64,000 nt of DNA from Candidatus Paceibacter sp. (GCA_020724925.1 DYGC01000001.1:5228-69227), one strand, 5' to 3'. Counted from the first letter of the stretch, positions 9,807 through 18,878 are shown. The notes: generated by a model from the letters alone, not told the origin. Numbers and translations are program-made.

Positions 9807-9822
9807 TGTTTCACATGAAACA
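9807..9822. other. parS-like site
   Basis: TGTTTCACATGAAACA, 1 mismatch to the parS consensus; intergenic. Confidence 0.8.
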
Positions 9823-9897
9823 TGGCGTCCCCGACAGGAATTGAACCTGTATTTATTTCTTAGGAGGAAATCGTTCTATCCGTTGAACTACGGGGAC
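9823..9897 (-). tRNA. tRNA-Arg(CCT)
   Basis: GTCCCCGTAGTTCAACGGATAGAAC...CT-CCT-AA...GGTTCAATTCC...GGGGACGCCA. Confidence 0.95.
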
Positions 9898-10339
9898 TTT
9901 GTTCCTTATATTCAAGATACAACCACGACATAGCGCCCCCAACAATCAAAACATCAGCCAAATTAAAAACAGGAAAACGCCAAATCGTAATATAATCAAT
10001 CACATAAGAATACAAAACTCGATCAATAAAGTTTATCAAAGCCCCACAAAGCAACATTGCCACCACGATTTTTTTGCTAAGGTTAAGACTTTTCCGCCAA
10101 TAAATGAATAACAAATAAAACAAAAACCCAATCAACAAAATATTAATAAGCATCAACGGCCAAAAAGCAATAGGAATACTAAAAGCAATAAATTTATTAT
10201 AATGAAGATCCAGTCCAAGCCATCCATCAAACAAATAAAAAGCCTGGCCATCAAAAACCTGTATCAACAGATACTTTACGAGAAAATCAACAGCGAATAT
10301 TCCGCTAAAAATACACAAAAAAGCAAAGAAAAAAGTCAT
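9860..10339 (-). CDS. lspA: Lipoprotein signal peptidase II
   Basis: GALINFIDR, VIDYI, PVFNLADV motifs; 3' end overlaps tRNA-Arg. Confidence 0.9.
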   Translation of the reverse strand: MTFFFAFLCIFSGIFAVDFLVKYLLIQVFDGQAFYLFDGWLGLDLHYNKFIAFSIPIAFWPLMLINILLIGFLFYLLFIYWRKSLNLSKKIVVAMLLCGALINFIDRVLYSYVIDYITIWRFPVFNLADVLIVGGAMSWLYLEYKEQSPRSSTDRTISS

Positions 10340-10713
10340 TAGTGCCCCTTTAGTTTAAGTTTACAATCAACACAAGAACTGGAAGTTGGTCTAGCGCGCA
10401 AACGATCCTCATCAATGGACTTTCCGCAATATTTACAAGTCCCATAAGCACTGGAATCCAAACGTTTTAAAGCATGAATAACATCACGCAAAGAGCGCTC
10501 CAGGCTATCTTCAATCGCCAAATTATCCTGATAAACCTCGACTTCGTTGCTATTATCTTCAGTACTATCACCAAAATCCGGGAAAACGGTCTCAAAATCT
10601 TCCGGATTTTTGCTGTTTGGTCGAGCAAAAGACAACAAATCTTTTTCTAGTTTTTCCTTTTGTTTATTGAGGATTTCTCTTATCTCTTGCAAAAATTTTT
10701 TTGATAAAGCCAT
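10339..10713 (-). CDS. TraR/DksA C4 zinc-finger protein
   Basis: ALKRLD-YGTCKYCGKSIDEDRLRARP-CVDC; start placed at ATG 10713, downstream of a promoter. Confidence 0.9.
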   Translation of the reverse strand: MALSKKFLQEIREILNKQKEKLEKDLLSFARPNSKNPEDFETVFPDFGDSTEDNSNEVEVYQDNLAIEDSLERSLRDVIHALKRLDSSAYGTCKYCGKSIDEDRLRARPTSSSCVDCKLKLKGH

Positions 10714-10758
10714 AGATATCAAAGTAAAAATTAAAATAGATAAACACGAGTTTTTAAT

Positions 10759-10786
10759 AGTATAGCAAATCGTTGTAAAAAAGCAA
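10759..10786 (-). promoter_or_regulatory. sigma70 promoter of dksA-lspA-tRNA-Arg-ychF
   Basis: TTGCTT-N16-TATACT with extended TG. Confidence 0.6.
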
Positions 10787-10840
10787 ATAATCGTTTTAAA
10801 GCGTAAAATCAAGGTTAAAACACACTAATTATAGAATTGG

Positions 10841-11370
10841 AAAAGGCGTAGTACTCAAGATCTCGCCGTATTGAAGAAAAGATTTAAGTGCTACGCCCAT
10901 GATTGTACCATGAGCATTCGCTGTGGGAAAGCTCACGGAATTAATGATGTTTCTGAGGCCACCTTTCACCAAGGTATACCGCCTCTCCCTTCGGGTACTC
11001 CCCGAGGACTACCTGTGTCAGTGCAAGCCGACACATTTTTGTTTTGAATTTTATAATTTTTATTTTTGTTTTTATGTCCGAGGGTGAAACAACGGACGAA
11101 GTTTTTTTGGTCTCTCCGCAGAAAGGGAGAAGTCTTGTGATAAACCTCACAAGTTTGAATCACACACAAAAGTTTGTGTGCATGAATTGATATTCCATCG
11201 AAAGAGTTTGTTTGAGCAAAGCTTAAAGCGATGGAACAAAATGAGTTTTTTTAGAAAGAACTAAGGTTAAAGAACTTGGACAATTACTTGTCCGAAAGTT
11301 TTTTTGTTTTGTTTTTTTGATGACTCCAGAGGGTGGAGGAGTGAGGCTTCTTCACCTCCTGTTATCATCT
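10841..11370 (-). ncRNA. Candidate large structured ncRNA (~530 nt), family unrecognised
   Basis: About 10 hairpins separated by A-rich linkers; G-U pairs favour minus strand; upstream promoter; terminal long stem plus TTTT; no credible ORF. Confidence 0.65.
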
Positions 11371-11376
11371 ATAGAT

Positions 11377-11405
11377 AGTATAGCACAATCTAAAAACGAA
11401 AGCAA
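11377..11405 (-). promoter_or_regulatory. sigma70 promoter of the candidate ncRNA
   Basis: TTGCTT (11400-11405)-17 nt-TATACT (11377-11382), preceded by TG (extended -10). Confidence 0.7.
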
Positions 11406-11462
11406 ATTTTTGTAGTAATGAGAAAAATTAGCCAATATAAAACAAATTTTTGAACAATTTTG

Positions 11463-11471
11463 TTATCCACA
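11463..11471 (+). promoter_or_regulatory. DnaA box
   Basis: Perfect TTATCCACA, intergenic. Confidence 0.55.
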
Positions 11472-11473
11472 CC

Positions 11474-12736
11474 TTAGTCACAGAGAGAAAATTTATAATC
11501 TGAATTTTGATATTCGATTTTTAAATTTTCACAATTTTCTAAATCAAAGGAAAAAGGAAAAAACTTTTTCCAAGAATTTTTTCCCGTTAAAATTTTTCGG
11601 TTGCTAAAATTTGTCACCCGAGAAAAGTCCTCTGACAAAAATAAATTTTCCGGGGAGAGCAAATCCGAGCGGGTGGTCAAAATCAAATTTTCAGAAAAAG
11701 GGTAGGCGTATAAAAATTTTTCAGAATCCGACTCCAACAACAATCGCTTGGCCAACAACCCGAACAAATTATAATCCTGCCAAGCAAATTTTTGCCAATC
11801 CAAGATCTCATCTTGGTAGCGACTACCATCGGCCAAAATTGTCTCGCGTGGCTGACGATTCTGATAGGCAAAATAGTACTGAAGGTCCTCCATGGCTGAG
11901 GAATAGTCAATATTTGTTAAAAATAAAGCAAAATCATTGCCAAAAATAGAATTTTCACTATTCCAAAGCAATAATGAAAAGCCCCTGTTCTCCAAAAAAG
12001 GAAATATTTTTAAATAATTATCCCTGGTACCAGCCGGAAAATCAGAGAAATTAGCTTGATTGTCAGCATATAATAAATTTTCGGAAAGCCTCTCAAGATT
12101 AAAAATAGTTGAAAATTGTCCAAGATTCCTGTATTTTTGGTCATTTACAGTAAAACTGATTGAATCAAAACTTTTATCACAAGAAAACTGATCATCTTTC
12201 AGTTTACCAAAACACAAATTATTAGCCATAAAAAGATTTGGCAAAACCTGTTTTTTTTGCTCTAAATTAGCGGAATTTACTATCAAAATACGATTTTCAT
12301 AAACATAAGGAATGTTTCTGTTTTTCAAAAAAGCCAAAAGGTCGTCGGGGAGAGTGGTATAAGAAAATAAAACCAATTTGGCCTGATTGTCAGTCAATTG
12401 ATTCAAATACAACCCCCAATAATATTGCCCCTCTGCCAATAACGAACGCCACTGATCGTTTTCCAACTGTAAATAGTGATTAGCAAAAGCATCACCCAGC
12501 TTTTGCCAATTTTCATTTTTGCCATAAGAATTTTTATCAAAAATAACAAAAAATTCAGCAGTATCAGTGGGAATACTCTTATAGACACTCCAATAGGCAA
12601 AAAAACTCAGGCTCGCCAAAACAAATACAAAAGACAAGGCCGATATCCAAATCGCATTAAAAATAAACTTCCACCAATCAAAAGCCTTTTTAGGCTTTAA
12701 ATCAGGACTAAATTGCAAATTTTCAAACTCTGCCAT
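11474..12736 (-). CDS. Hypothetical membrane-anchored protein
   Basis: 420-aa ORF with a single N-terminal TM; cotranscribed after pnp. Confidence 0.75.
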   Translation of the reverse strand: MAEFENLQFSPDLKPKKAFDWWKFIFNAIWISALSFVFVLASLSFFAYWSVYKSIPTDTAEFFVIFDKNSYGKNENWQKLGDAFANHYLQLENDQWRSLLAEGQYYWGLYLNQLTDNQAKLVLFSYTTLPDDLLAFLKNRNIPYVYENRILIVNSANLEQKKQVLPNLFMANNLCFGKLKDDQFSCDKSFDSISFTVNDQKYRNLGQFSTIFNLERLSENLLYADNQANFSDFPAGTRDNYLKIFPFLENRGFSLLLWNSENSIFGNDFALFLTNIDYSSAMEDLQYYFAYQNRQPRETILADGSRYQDEILDWQKFAWQDYNLFGLLAKRLLLESDSEKFLYAYPFSENLILTTRSDLLSPENLFLSEDFSRVTNFSNRKILTGKNSWKKFFPFSFDLENCENLKIEYQNSDYKFSLCD

Positions 12737-12742
12737 GAATAT

Positions 12743-14911
12743 TTACTTATGTGAACTATCTGGTTTTGGCAATAACGCCTTACGAGATAAATTAACGCGA
12801 CCCTGATTATCAATTTCTTTAACAATAACTTTTACCGTATCGCCAATATTAACAACATCGGTAACCTTATTAACACGAAAATGTTCTAATTCGGAAATAT
12901 GAATCATTCCTTCTTTTTGTGGTAAAATCTTAACCATTGCCCCAAACTCAAACAATTTACTGACCTTACCTTCATAAATATCACCGACTTGAACCACTTT
13001 TACCAAAGACAAAACGATTTCCTTGGCGCGGTTAGCCATTTCAGCATTATCAGAAGTGATAAATACCGAACCATCATCATCAATATCAATATCCACTTTA
13101 GTTTCTTCCACAATTTTCTTAATAACTTTTCCGCCCGGCCCAATAACTTCACCGATCTTTTCCGGATCAATGGAGAAACTAAGAATTCTCGGGGCATACT
13201 TTGATAATTCCGCTGGTTGTGGAATCGCCTTTTCCAAAACATCCAAAATCTGATTACGGCCCTCAATTCCACGAGATAAAGCTTCCTTAACCATGTCCAT
13301 AGTTAATCCATCGGTTTTGGTATCCATTTGAATAGCAGTTACACCATGACGTGTACCAGTAACTTTAAAGTCCATACCACCCTTGCCGTCTTCCAAATCT
13401 TGAATATCGGTCAAAATCTTATAACGACCACTGCCATCACTGGCCAAACCAATGGCCACTCCGGCCACGTGCTCCTTAATCGGCACGCCCGCCGCCATCA
13501 AAGATAAGCTGGACCCACAAGTGGAAGCCATGGAACTAGAACCATTTGATCCCAAGGTCTCAGAAACGACACGAATGGTATAAGGAAAGTCCAACTTAGG
13601 AGGCAAAACCGGCAATAAGGCTTTTTCCGCCAAGGCACCATGCCCAATTTCACGACGACCAACGCCACGCAACGGACGAATTTCACCAACAGAATATGGA
13701 GCAAAATTGTAATGATGCATATAACGTTTAGTGCTATCATCTTCTTCCATGGTATCCAAAGTTTGTTCCGCACCCGGAGCCCCTAAAGTCACAATAGACA
13801 AAATTTGCGTTTCTCCACGACGAAACAAGGCACTACCATGTGGACGAGGCAACAATGCTACTTCAGCCTCTAATTGACGAATTTGATTCAAAGCACGACC
13901 ATCAACTCGTTGTTCTTTATCCAAAATAGCTTTAGTTACTTCTTCTTCCGCCCAGTCCATAAAATACTTATTTAACAAGAAATCAGCTTTTTTAGCGTTC
14001 ATTTCCTTCTTTTCCACCAATTCAGTCTTAGCCAAATCAATCATATGATGCAATTTTTCCTTACGTGCACTTTTACTACCAACCGGCACATTAAATAAAT
14101 ATTCAGACCACAATGGTTGAAAAAACTCTTTAATTTGATGACTTAACATTTCCTGTTCTTCGGCGGTAAATTCTTGATCATCAATTTTTACTGTTTCCGC
14201 TGGCACGGCCACTTTTTCTTTACCGATCTGTTTACGCAAATCTTCAATAAAATCAATTAACGGCGAAATTTCTTGTAAAGCTTTAGCAAAAGCACCTTCC
14301 ACCACAGTGTTATCAACAATGTTAAAATCGGCATCGACCATCAAAACTTTTTCTTTATTGGCAGTCACGACCAAATTAACATCGGATTTATTTAACTCTT
14401 CTCTTGATAAATTAACTTGATACTCACCATCAACACGACCAACACGAATTCCGGCCACTGGACCATTCCACGGAATAGAAGAACAGTGTAAAGCAATTGA
14501 ACCGGCAATAATCCCGACCACATCAGGCAAATGACTTTCATCATAAGATAAAACGGTCAAAACTAATTGCACATCATTGCGCAAACTCTGTGGAAATAAA
14601 GGACGCAAACCACGATCAATCATTCTACCAATTAAAACGGCATCTTCCGTTGGTTGCCCTTCACGTTTGATAAAACGAGAACCCTTGATTTTTCCGGCAG
14701 CATACAATTTTTCTTCGTAATCAACCATTAATGGAAAAAAATCGATTCCCGGACGAGCTTCTTTCGCCATATTAACGGTAGCTAAAATAACCGTGTCACC
14801 ATATTGAACAGTACAACTAAAATCAACCTGTTGGGCTAATTTTCCGGTTTTTACAGTAATTTTTTTACCTAAAAAATCACAACTAAAGGATTTCTCTTTA
14901 AAATCACTCAT
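12743..14911 (-). CDS. pnp: Polyribonucleotide nucleotidyltransferase
   Basis: DFFPLMVDYEEK, RREIGHGALAE, SNGSSSMAS, GDMDFK-like motif, KH and S1 domains. Confidence 0.98.
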   Translation of the reverse strand: MSDFKEKSFSCDFLGKKITVKTGKLAQQVDFSCTVQYGDTVILATVNMAKEARPGIDFFPLMVDYEEKLYAAGKIKGSRFIKREGQPTEDAVLIGRMIDRGLRPLFPQSLRNDVQLVLTVLSYDESHLPDVVGIIAGSIALHCSSIPWNGPVAGIRVGRVDGEYQVNLSREELNKSDVNLVVTANKEKVLMVDADFNIVDNTVVEGAFAKALQEISPLIDFIEDLRKQIGKEKVAVPAETVKIDDQEFTAEEQEMLSHQIKEFFQPLWSEYLFNVPVGSKSARKEKLHHMIDLAKTELVEKKEMNAKKADFLLNKYFMDWAEEEVTKAILDKEQRVDGRALNQIRQLEAEVALLPRPHGSALFRRGETQILSIVTLGAPGAEQTLDTMEEDDSTKRYMHHYNFAPYSVGEIRPLRGVGRREIGHGALAEKALLPVLPPKLDFPYTIRVVSETLGSNGSSSMASTCGSSLSLMAAGVPIKEHVAGVAIGLASDGSGRYKILTDIQDLEDGKGGMDFKVTGTRHGVTAIQMDTKTDGLTMDMVKEALSRGIEGRNQILDVLEKAIPQPAELSKYAPRILSFSIDPEKIGEVIGPGGKVIKKIVEETKVDIDIDDDGSVFITSDNAEMANRAKEIVLSLVKVVQVGDIYEGKVSKLFEFGAMVKILPQKEGMIHISELEHFRVNKVTDVVNIGDTVKVIVKEIDNQGRVNLSRKALLPKPDSSHK

Positions 14912-14913
14912 AA

Positions 14914-15477
14914 TTATTTGTTTATAACTCTCTTAATATTTAAATTATTATTTTTTCTTAAACGATTTTGTGGTCGATAATTAATCAGATATTTTCCCTT
15001 ATCTTCGCTTAAATTTATATAATCATCAACCAATTCCAAGAGCTTGGAAGAGGTTGTTTCCTGAAAAGAAACCGCTTCCACCACGCAACCTTTATTTTCC
15101 TGCAAGTATTGAACCAACGGGGCATAATCGCCATCGCCGGTTACTAAAATTACGCTGTCAATCTTATCAGCTAATTTGATTGTGTCAACTGTAATACCGA
15201 CATCCCAATCAGATTTCTTGCTACCATCAAAAAATATTTGTAAATCCTTGATTTTAACTTCAAAACCCTGTTTCTCAAGAGCATCAAAAAAAGTGTTTTC
15301 TGAAGCGGTTTCCGCTCGTGTAGTATAAGCAATTGCCCGAATTAATTCACGATTAGCTACTGCCGTTTTTAAAACCTCTGCAAAATTAACATTGGCATTA
15401 TAAAGATTTTTGGCTGAATGGTACATATTTTGCACATCCACAAAAACCGCCACCCGCTGGGATTTATATTTTCTCAT
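14914..15477 (-). CDS. NYN/LabA-DUF88 domain protein
   Basis: VFVDVQNMY, KSDWDVGI, LVTGDGDY motifs. Confidence 0.9.
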   Translation of the reverse strand: MRKYKSQRVAVFVDVQNMYHSAKNLYNANVNFAEVLKTAVANRELIRAIAYTTRAETASENTFFDALEKQGFEVKIKDLQIFFDGSKKSDWDVGITVDTIKLADKIDSVILVTGDGDYAPLVQYLQENKGCVVEAVSFQETTSSKLLELVDDYINLSEDKGKYLINYRPQNRLRKNNNLNIKRVINK

Positions 15478-15554
15478 AAAAAAATCCTTAAATTTAATAA
15501 ATTTGATAAATGTTAAATTTATTCTAGCAAATAATAAAAGCTAATACAAACACT

Positions 15555-15583
15555 TTGACTAATATTCAGATAAACTATAAAAT
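15555..15583 (+). promoter_or_regulatory. sigma70 promoter of rnpA
   Basis: TTGACT-N17-TAAAAT. Confidence 0.55.
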
Positions 15584-15601
15584 ATAAGCAAATATAATTT
15601 T

Positions 15602-15955
15602 ATGCTGGAAAGAAAGTATCGATTACACCTACAAAAAGATTTCGATTTAGTCTTTAAACAAGGTAAATACAAAAATTTGCCTAATTTTTTGACTATTCAT
15701 TATTTAAAGGTACCGGAAAACAAACTAAAGGTTGGCTTAATTATATCTAAAAAAACTGAAAAATTAGCAACAAAAAGGCATTTAGCAATGAGACAAAGTC
15801 GACACATCATACAAAAGCTCATAAAAAATAAGATTATTAAAGATTCTTATTATTTGCTTTTTATTATCCGTCAAAATTATACACAGCTAAATTTTGAAGA
15901 AAAAGAAGAAAAAATCAGGGAAATTTTGAAATTAGGAGGATTATTATCGGATTAG
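15602..15955 (+). CDS. rnpA: Ribonuclease P protein component (divergent)
   Basis: RL-x3-DF-x2-VFKQGK, KVGLIISKK, degenerate RNR motif ATKRHLAMR. Confidence 0.85.
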   Translation: MLERKYRLHLQKDFDLVFKQGKYKNLPNFLTIHYLKVPENKLKVGLIISKKTEKLATKRHLAMRQSRHIIQKLIKNKIIKDSYYLLFIIRQNYTQLNFEEKEEKIREILKLGGLLSD

Positions 15956-15977
15956 TTATAAAGAAACAATACACAAA

Positions 15978-16041
15978 TTATCCACAGATTAAATTTATCT
16001 AATATAAAATAAATTTATATTAAACTATAAAGTTATCCACA
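15978..16041 (+). promoter_or_regulatory. DnaA boxes upstream of dnaA
   Basis: Perfect TTATCCACA at 15978 and 16033. Confidence 0.8.
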
Positions 16042-16110
16042 AAGCAACTCTTTTATTTTTTTTTATATTTGTTAAGATAAAACAGACTAAAAATTCATAA
16101 AATAAAAAAA

Positions 16111-17493
16111 ATGACAAACCCCGTTGATCAAAGCCAATTGCAACAATTATGGCGATCAATTTTAGGAGAAATAGAACTGATAACCACCAAAGCCGAATTT
16201 AATACTTGGTTTCAAGGTTCTCATATTTTAGAATTGAAAGAAAAACAAATAACAATTGGCACTCCCAACGGATTTGCAAAAATTTGGTTACAACAAAAAT
16301 TTACCGATACTATTAAAAAACTATTAAAAAAATACTGGCCCGAAGAAATTGAAAAAATTATTTTTACTTATTCTAAAAATAAAAATGAAAATAATTATAA
16401 CAATTCCAATACAATTAGTTTAAGAAAAACCGAAATATCAAATCATTCCCCCCAACAACAAGCAACAATTCCTGAATTTGGTCTAAATCCACGTTATACT
16501 TTTGAAAATTTTGTAGTAGGGCAGGGTAATGAATTGGCTTTTGCTGCAGCCAAGGCCGTAGCCGACTCTCCTGGTTTAATTTATAATCCTTTGTTTATAT
16601 ACGGGGGCGTGGGTTTGGGAAAAACCCATTTAATGCAAGCTGTTGGTAACCAAATTAAAGCCATGTTACCTCAAAAGAAAATCCTTTATATCAGTACTGA
16701 AAAATTTATCAACGATTTTATATATTCCATCAAACAAAATTCGGTTAATGAATTTAAAAGAAAATATCGCACGGTTGATGTTTTATTAGTTGATGATATT
16801 CAATTTATCTCCGGCAAAGAAAGTACCCAAGAAGAATTTTTTCATACTTTTAATGAACTTTATCAAAATAATAAACAAATTGTTTTAACATCCGATCGTC
16901 CACCAAAAGAATTAGAATCTTTAGAAAATCGTTTATTATCAAGATTTGAATGGGGAATGATTGCCGATATTCGTACTCCTGATCTTGAAACCAGAATCGC
17001 CATTTTACAAAATAAAGCCCAAGATAAAGGAATTATTTTAGACTCTGATTCAGTAGTTTATATTGCAAAAATGGTCCAAAACAATATTAGAGAATTAGAA
17101 GGATTTTTAAATAAATTATTAGCTTATCAACAAATAAATAACACGCCTTTAACTTTAGAAAATATTAGGGTTATTATGGGTAATAATATAAAGGTTAATC
17201 AAGCTAAAAAGAATTTAACTCCTCAAAATTTATTAAATAATGTTTGTAAATATTTTAATATCAGTGCTGATGAAATTTTAAGTAAAACCAGAACTAAACA
17301 TTTGGTTTATCCACGACAAATTCTTTGTTATTTGTTGAAAAATGAAGCTAATTATTCTTATCCGGCGATTGGAAAATTTTTAAATGGTAGAGATCACACT
17401 ACAATATTACATGCTGTCGCCAAATTAGAAAAAGAAATTCATCATAATGAACAATTAAGACAAGATATTGAAACTATAAAAAAATCATCTTAA
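16111..17493 (+). CDS. dnaA: Chromosomal replication initiator DnaA
   Basis: YTFENFVVG, NPLFIYGGVGLGKTHL, DDIQF, QEEFFHTFN, RDHTT. Confidence 0.99.
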   Translation: MTNPVDQSQLQQLWRSILGEIELITTKAEFNTWFQGSHILELKEKQITIGTPNGFAKIWLQQKFTDTIKKLLKKYWPEEIEKIIFTYSKNKNENNYNNSNTISLRKTEISNHSPQQQATIPEFGLNPRYTFENFVVGQGNELAFAAAKAVADSPGLIYNPLFIYGGVGLGKTHLMQAVGNQIKAMLPQKKILYISTEKFINDFIYSIKQNSVNEFKRKYRTVDVLLVDDIQFISGKESTQEEFFHTFNELYQNNKQIVLTSDRPPKELESLENRLLSRFEWGMIADIRTPDLETRIAILQNKAQDKGIILDSDSVVYIAKMVQNNIRELEGFLNKLLAYQQINNTPLTLENIRVIMGNNIKVNQAKKNLTPQNLLNNVCKYFNISADEILSKTRTKHLVYPRQILCYLLKNEANYSYPAIGKFLNGRDHTTILHAVAKLEKEIHHNEQLRQDIETIKKSS

Positions 17494-17733
17494 TAAGTTG
17501 TGGATAAATAATAATAAACTTGTATATAACCGCTGTCTAAATATCTAAATTATAAATAATCCGAAATTAATCCACTGGTTTATCAACAATAATACACAGG
17601 TATATAAACAGGCTGTGTATAATAATAAGCTTATAAATAAACAATATTTCTATCTTTTCCACATAATCACAGCACCTACTACTATTACTACTAATTTTAT
17701 ATATTTATATATTAATAATAATAAAGAGAATTT
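17494..17733. other. oriC (dnaA-dnaN intergenic) with DnaA boxes, DnaA-trios and AT-rich DUE
   Basis: Boxes TGTGGATAA 17499, TGTGTATAA 17614, TTTTCCACA 17655 plus degenerate ones; trios CTACTACTATTACTACTA 17676-17693; then an AT-rich tract; strand bias flips here. Confidence 0.9.
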
Positions 17734-18873
17734 ATGAAATTCACTTGTACCCAAGAAAACTTAAATCAAGGTTTTCAAATAGTGCAACACGCAACTAGTA
17801 AAAATTTAAATCTTCCAATATTAAATAATGTTTTAATTACTTTAAAAGATAAAGAAATTAAATTATTAACTACTAATCTTGATATTGGTATTAGTTACAC
17901 AGTTAGAGGAAAGATAGAACAGGAAGGTTCTTTTACAGTTAATGCTAAACTAGTTAGTGATTATGTTAACTTATTACCAAAAGAAAATATTGATATTGAA
18001 TTAGATAATAAAGATCAACTTCATGTTAAATGTTTAGGTCATCAAACTAAAATTAAAGGTTTAAATGCCAGTGATTATCCATTAATACCGGAATTAAACA
18101 AACAAAATAAAGCTACCATTAATGTTGAATTATTTAAAGAGGCTATTAATTCAGTGTTGTTTGCTGTTTCTAAAAATGAAAACAGACCGGAATTAAATGG
18201 TGTATTGTTTAAATTCAATAACAAACAATTGATTTTAGCTTCGACCGATAGTTATCGTTTAGCAGAGAGAAAAATTAATATTAAAAATAATAACTTAGGA
18301 TCACTTAATATTATCGTTCCTTCTAAAACTTTACAGGAATTGGTAAGGGTTTTATCAATATTAAAGAGTAATTTAAATAATGAATCGGAAATAGATATTT
18401 ATATTTCTGAAGGTCAAATTTTATTTACTTTAGATAATTTCGAATTAGTTTCTCGTTTGATAGAAGGTAATTATCCTGATTATGAACAAATTATCCCTGT
18501 TAAATTTAATACTCAAATGATTTCTTCAACCGCCGATTTTCTAAAAAACATAAAAACCGTTAGTTTATTTGTAAAGGAAAATATTAATGATATTACTCTT
18601 CAATTTCAGGTTAATAATAATGATCCTTTACAAAGTGAAGTTCACATCAGAGCTTTTAATGAGCAATTAGGGGAAAGTGATGCGGTTGTAAAATCAAATA
18701 TCACCGGCATTGATAATAATATAGTAGTTAATTATGTTTATTTATTAGAAGGTTTAAATAACATAAAAACTGAGGAAATAAAAGTGGAAATTATTGATAA
18801 TTTATCACCGATTGTTATTAGTTCTGCTAATCAAGATCAGTATTTATATATTGTGATGCCGATTCGTCAATAA
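17734..18873 (+). CDS. dnaN: DNA polymerase III beta clamp
   Basis: LPILNNV, STDSYRLAE, SRLIEGNYPDY, IVMPIR; directly follows dnaA. Confidence 0.98.
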   Translation: MKFTCTQENLNQGFQIVQHATSKNLNLPILNNVLITLKDKEIKLLTTNLDIGISYTVRGKIEQEGSFTVNAKLVSDYVNLLPKENIDIELDNKDQLHVKCLGHQTKIKGLNASDYPLIPELNKQNKATINVELFKEAINSVLFAVSKNENRPELNGVLFKFNNKQLILASTDSYRLAERKINIKNNNLGSLNIIVPSKTLQELVRVLSILKSNLNNESEIDIYISEGQILFTLDNFELVSRLIEGNYPDYEQIIPVKFNTQMISSTADFLKNIKTVSLFVKENINDITLQFQVNNNDPLQSEVHIRAFNEQLGESDAVVKSNITGIDNNIVVNYVYLLEGLNNIKTEEIKVEIIDNLSPIVISSANQDQYLYIVMPIRQ

Positions 18874-18878
18874 AAAAA

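Noticed and set aside
9776-9823. MFHVKH N-terminal extension of YchF in the ORF track
   Set aside because: It is the translation of the parS palindrome; the conserved YchF start is MSFSIG at 9775
10941-11169. Two overlapping 67-69 aa ORFs
   Set aside because: Non-ATG starts, low-complexity sequence and mutual overlap; they lie across dense RNA hairpins
10841-11370. RNase P RNA, tmRNA, T-box or group I intron identity for the large RNA
   Set aside because: No GAGGAAAGUCC, no tRNA-like T-arm/acceptor, no T-box GGUGG-ACC, and no host gene. Partial similarities (AAGCC/GGCUU, GUAGUCC) are too weak to call by eye.
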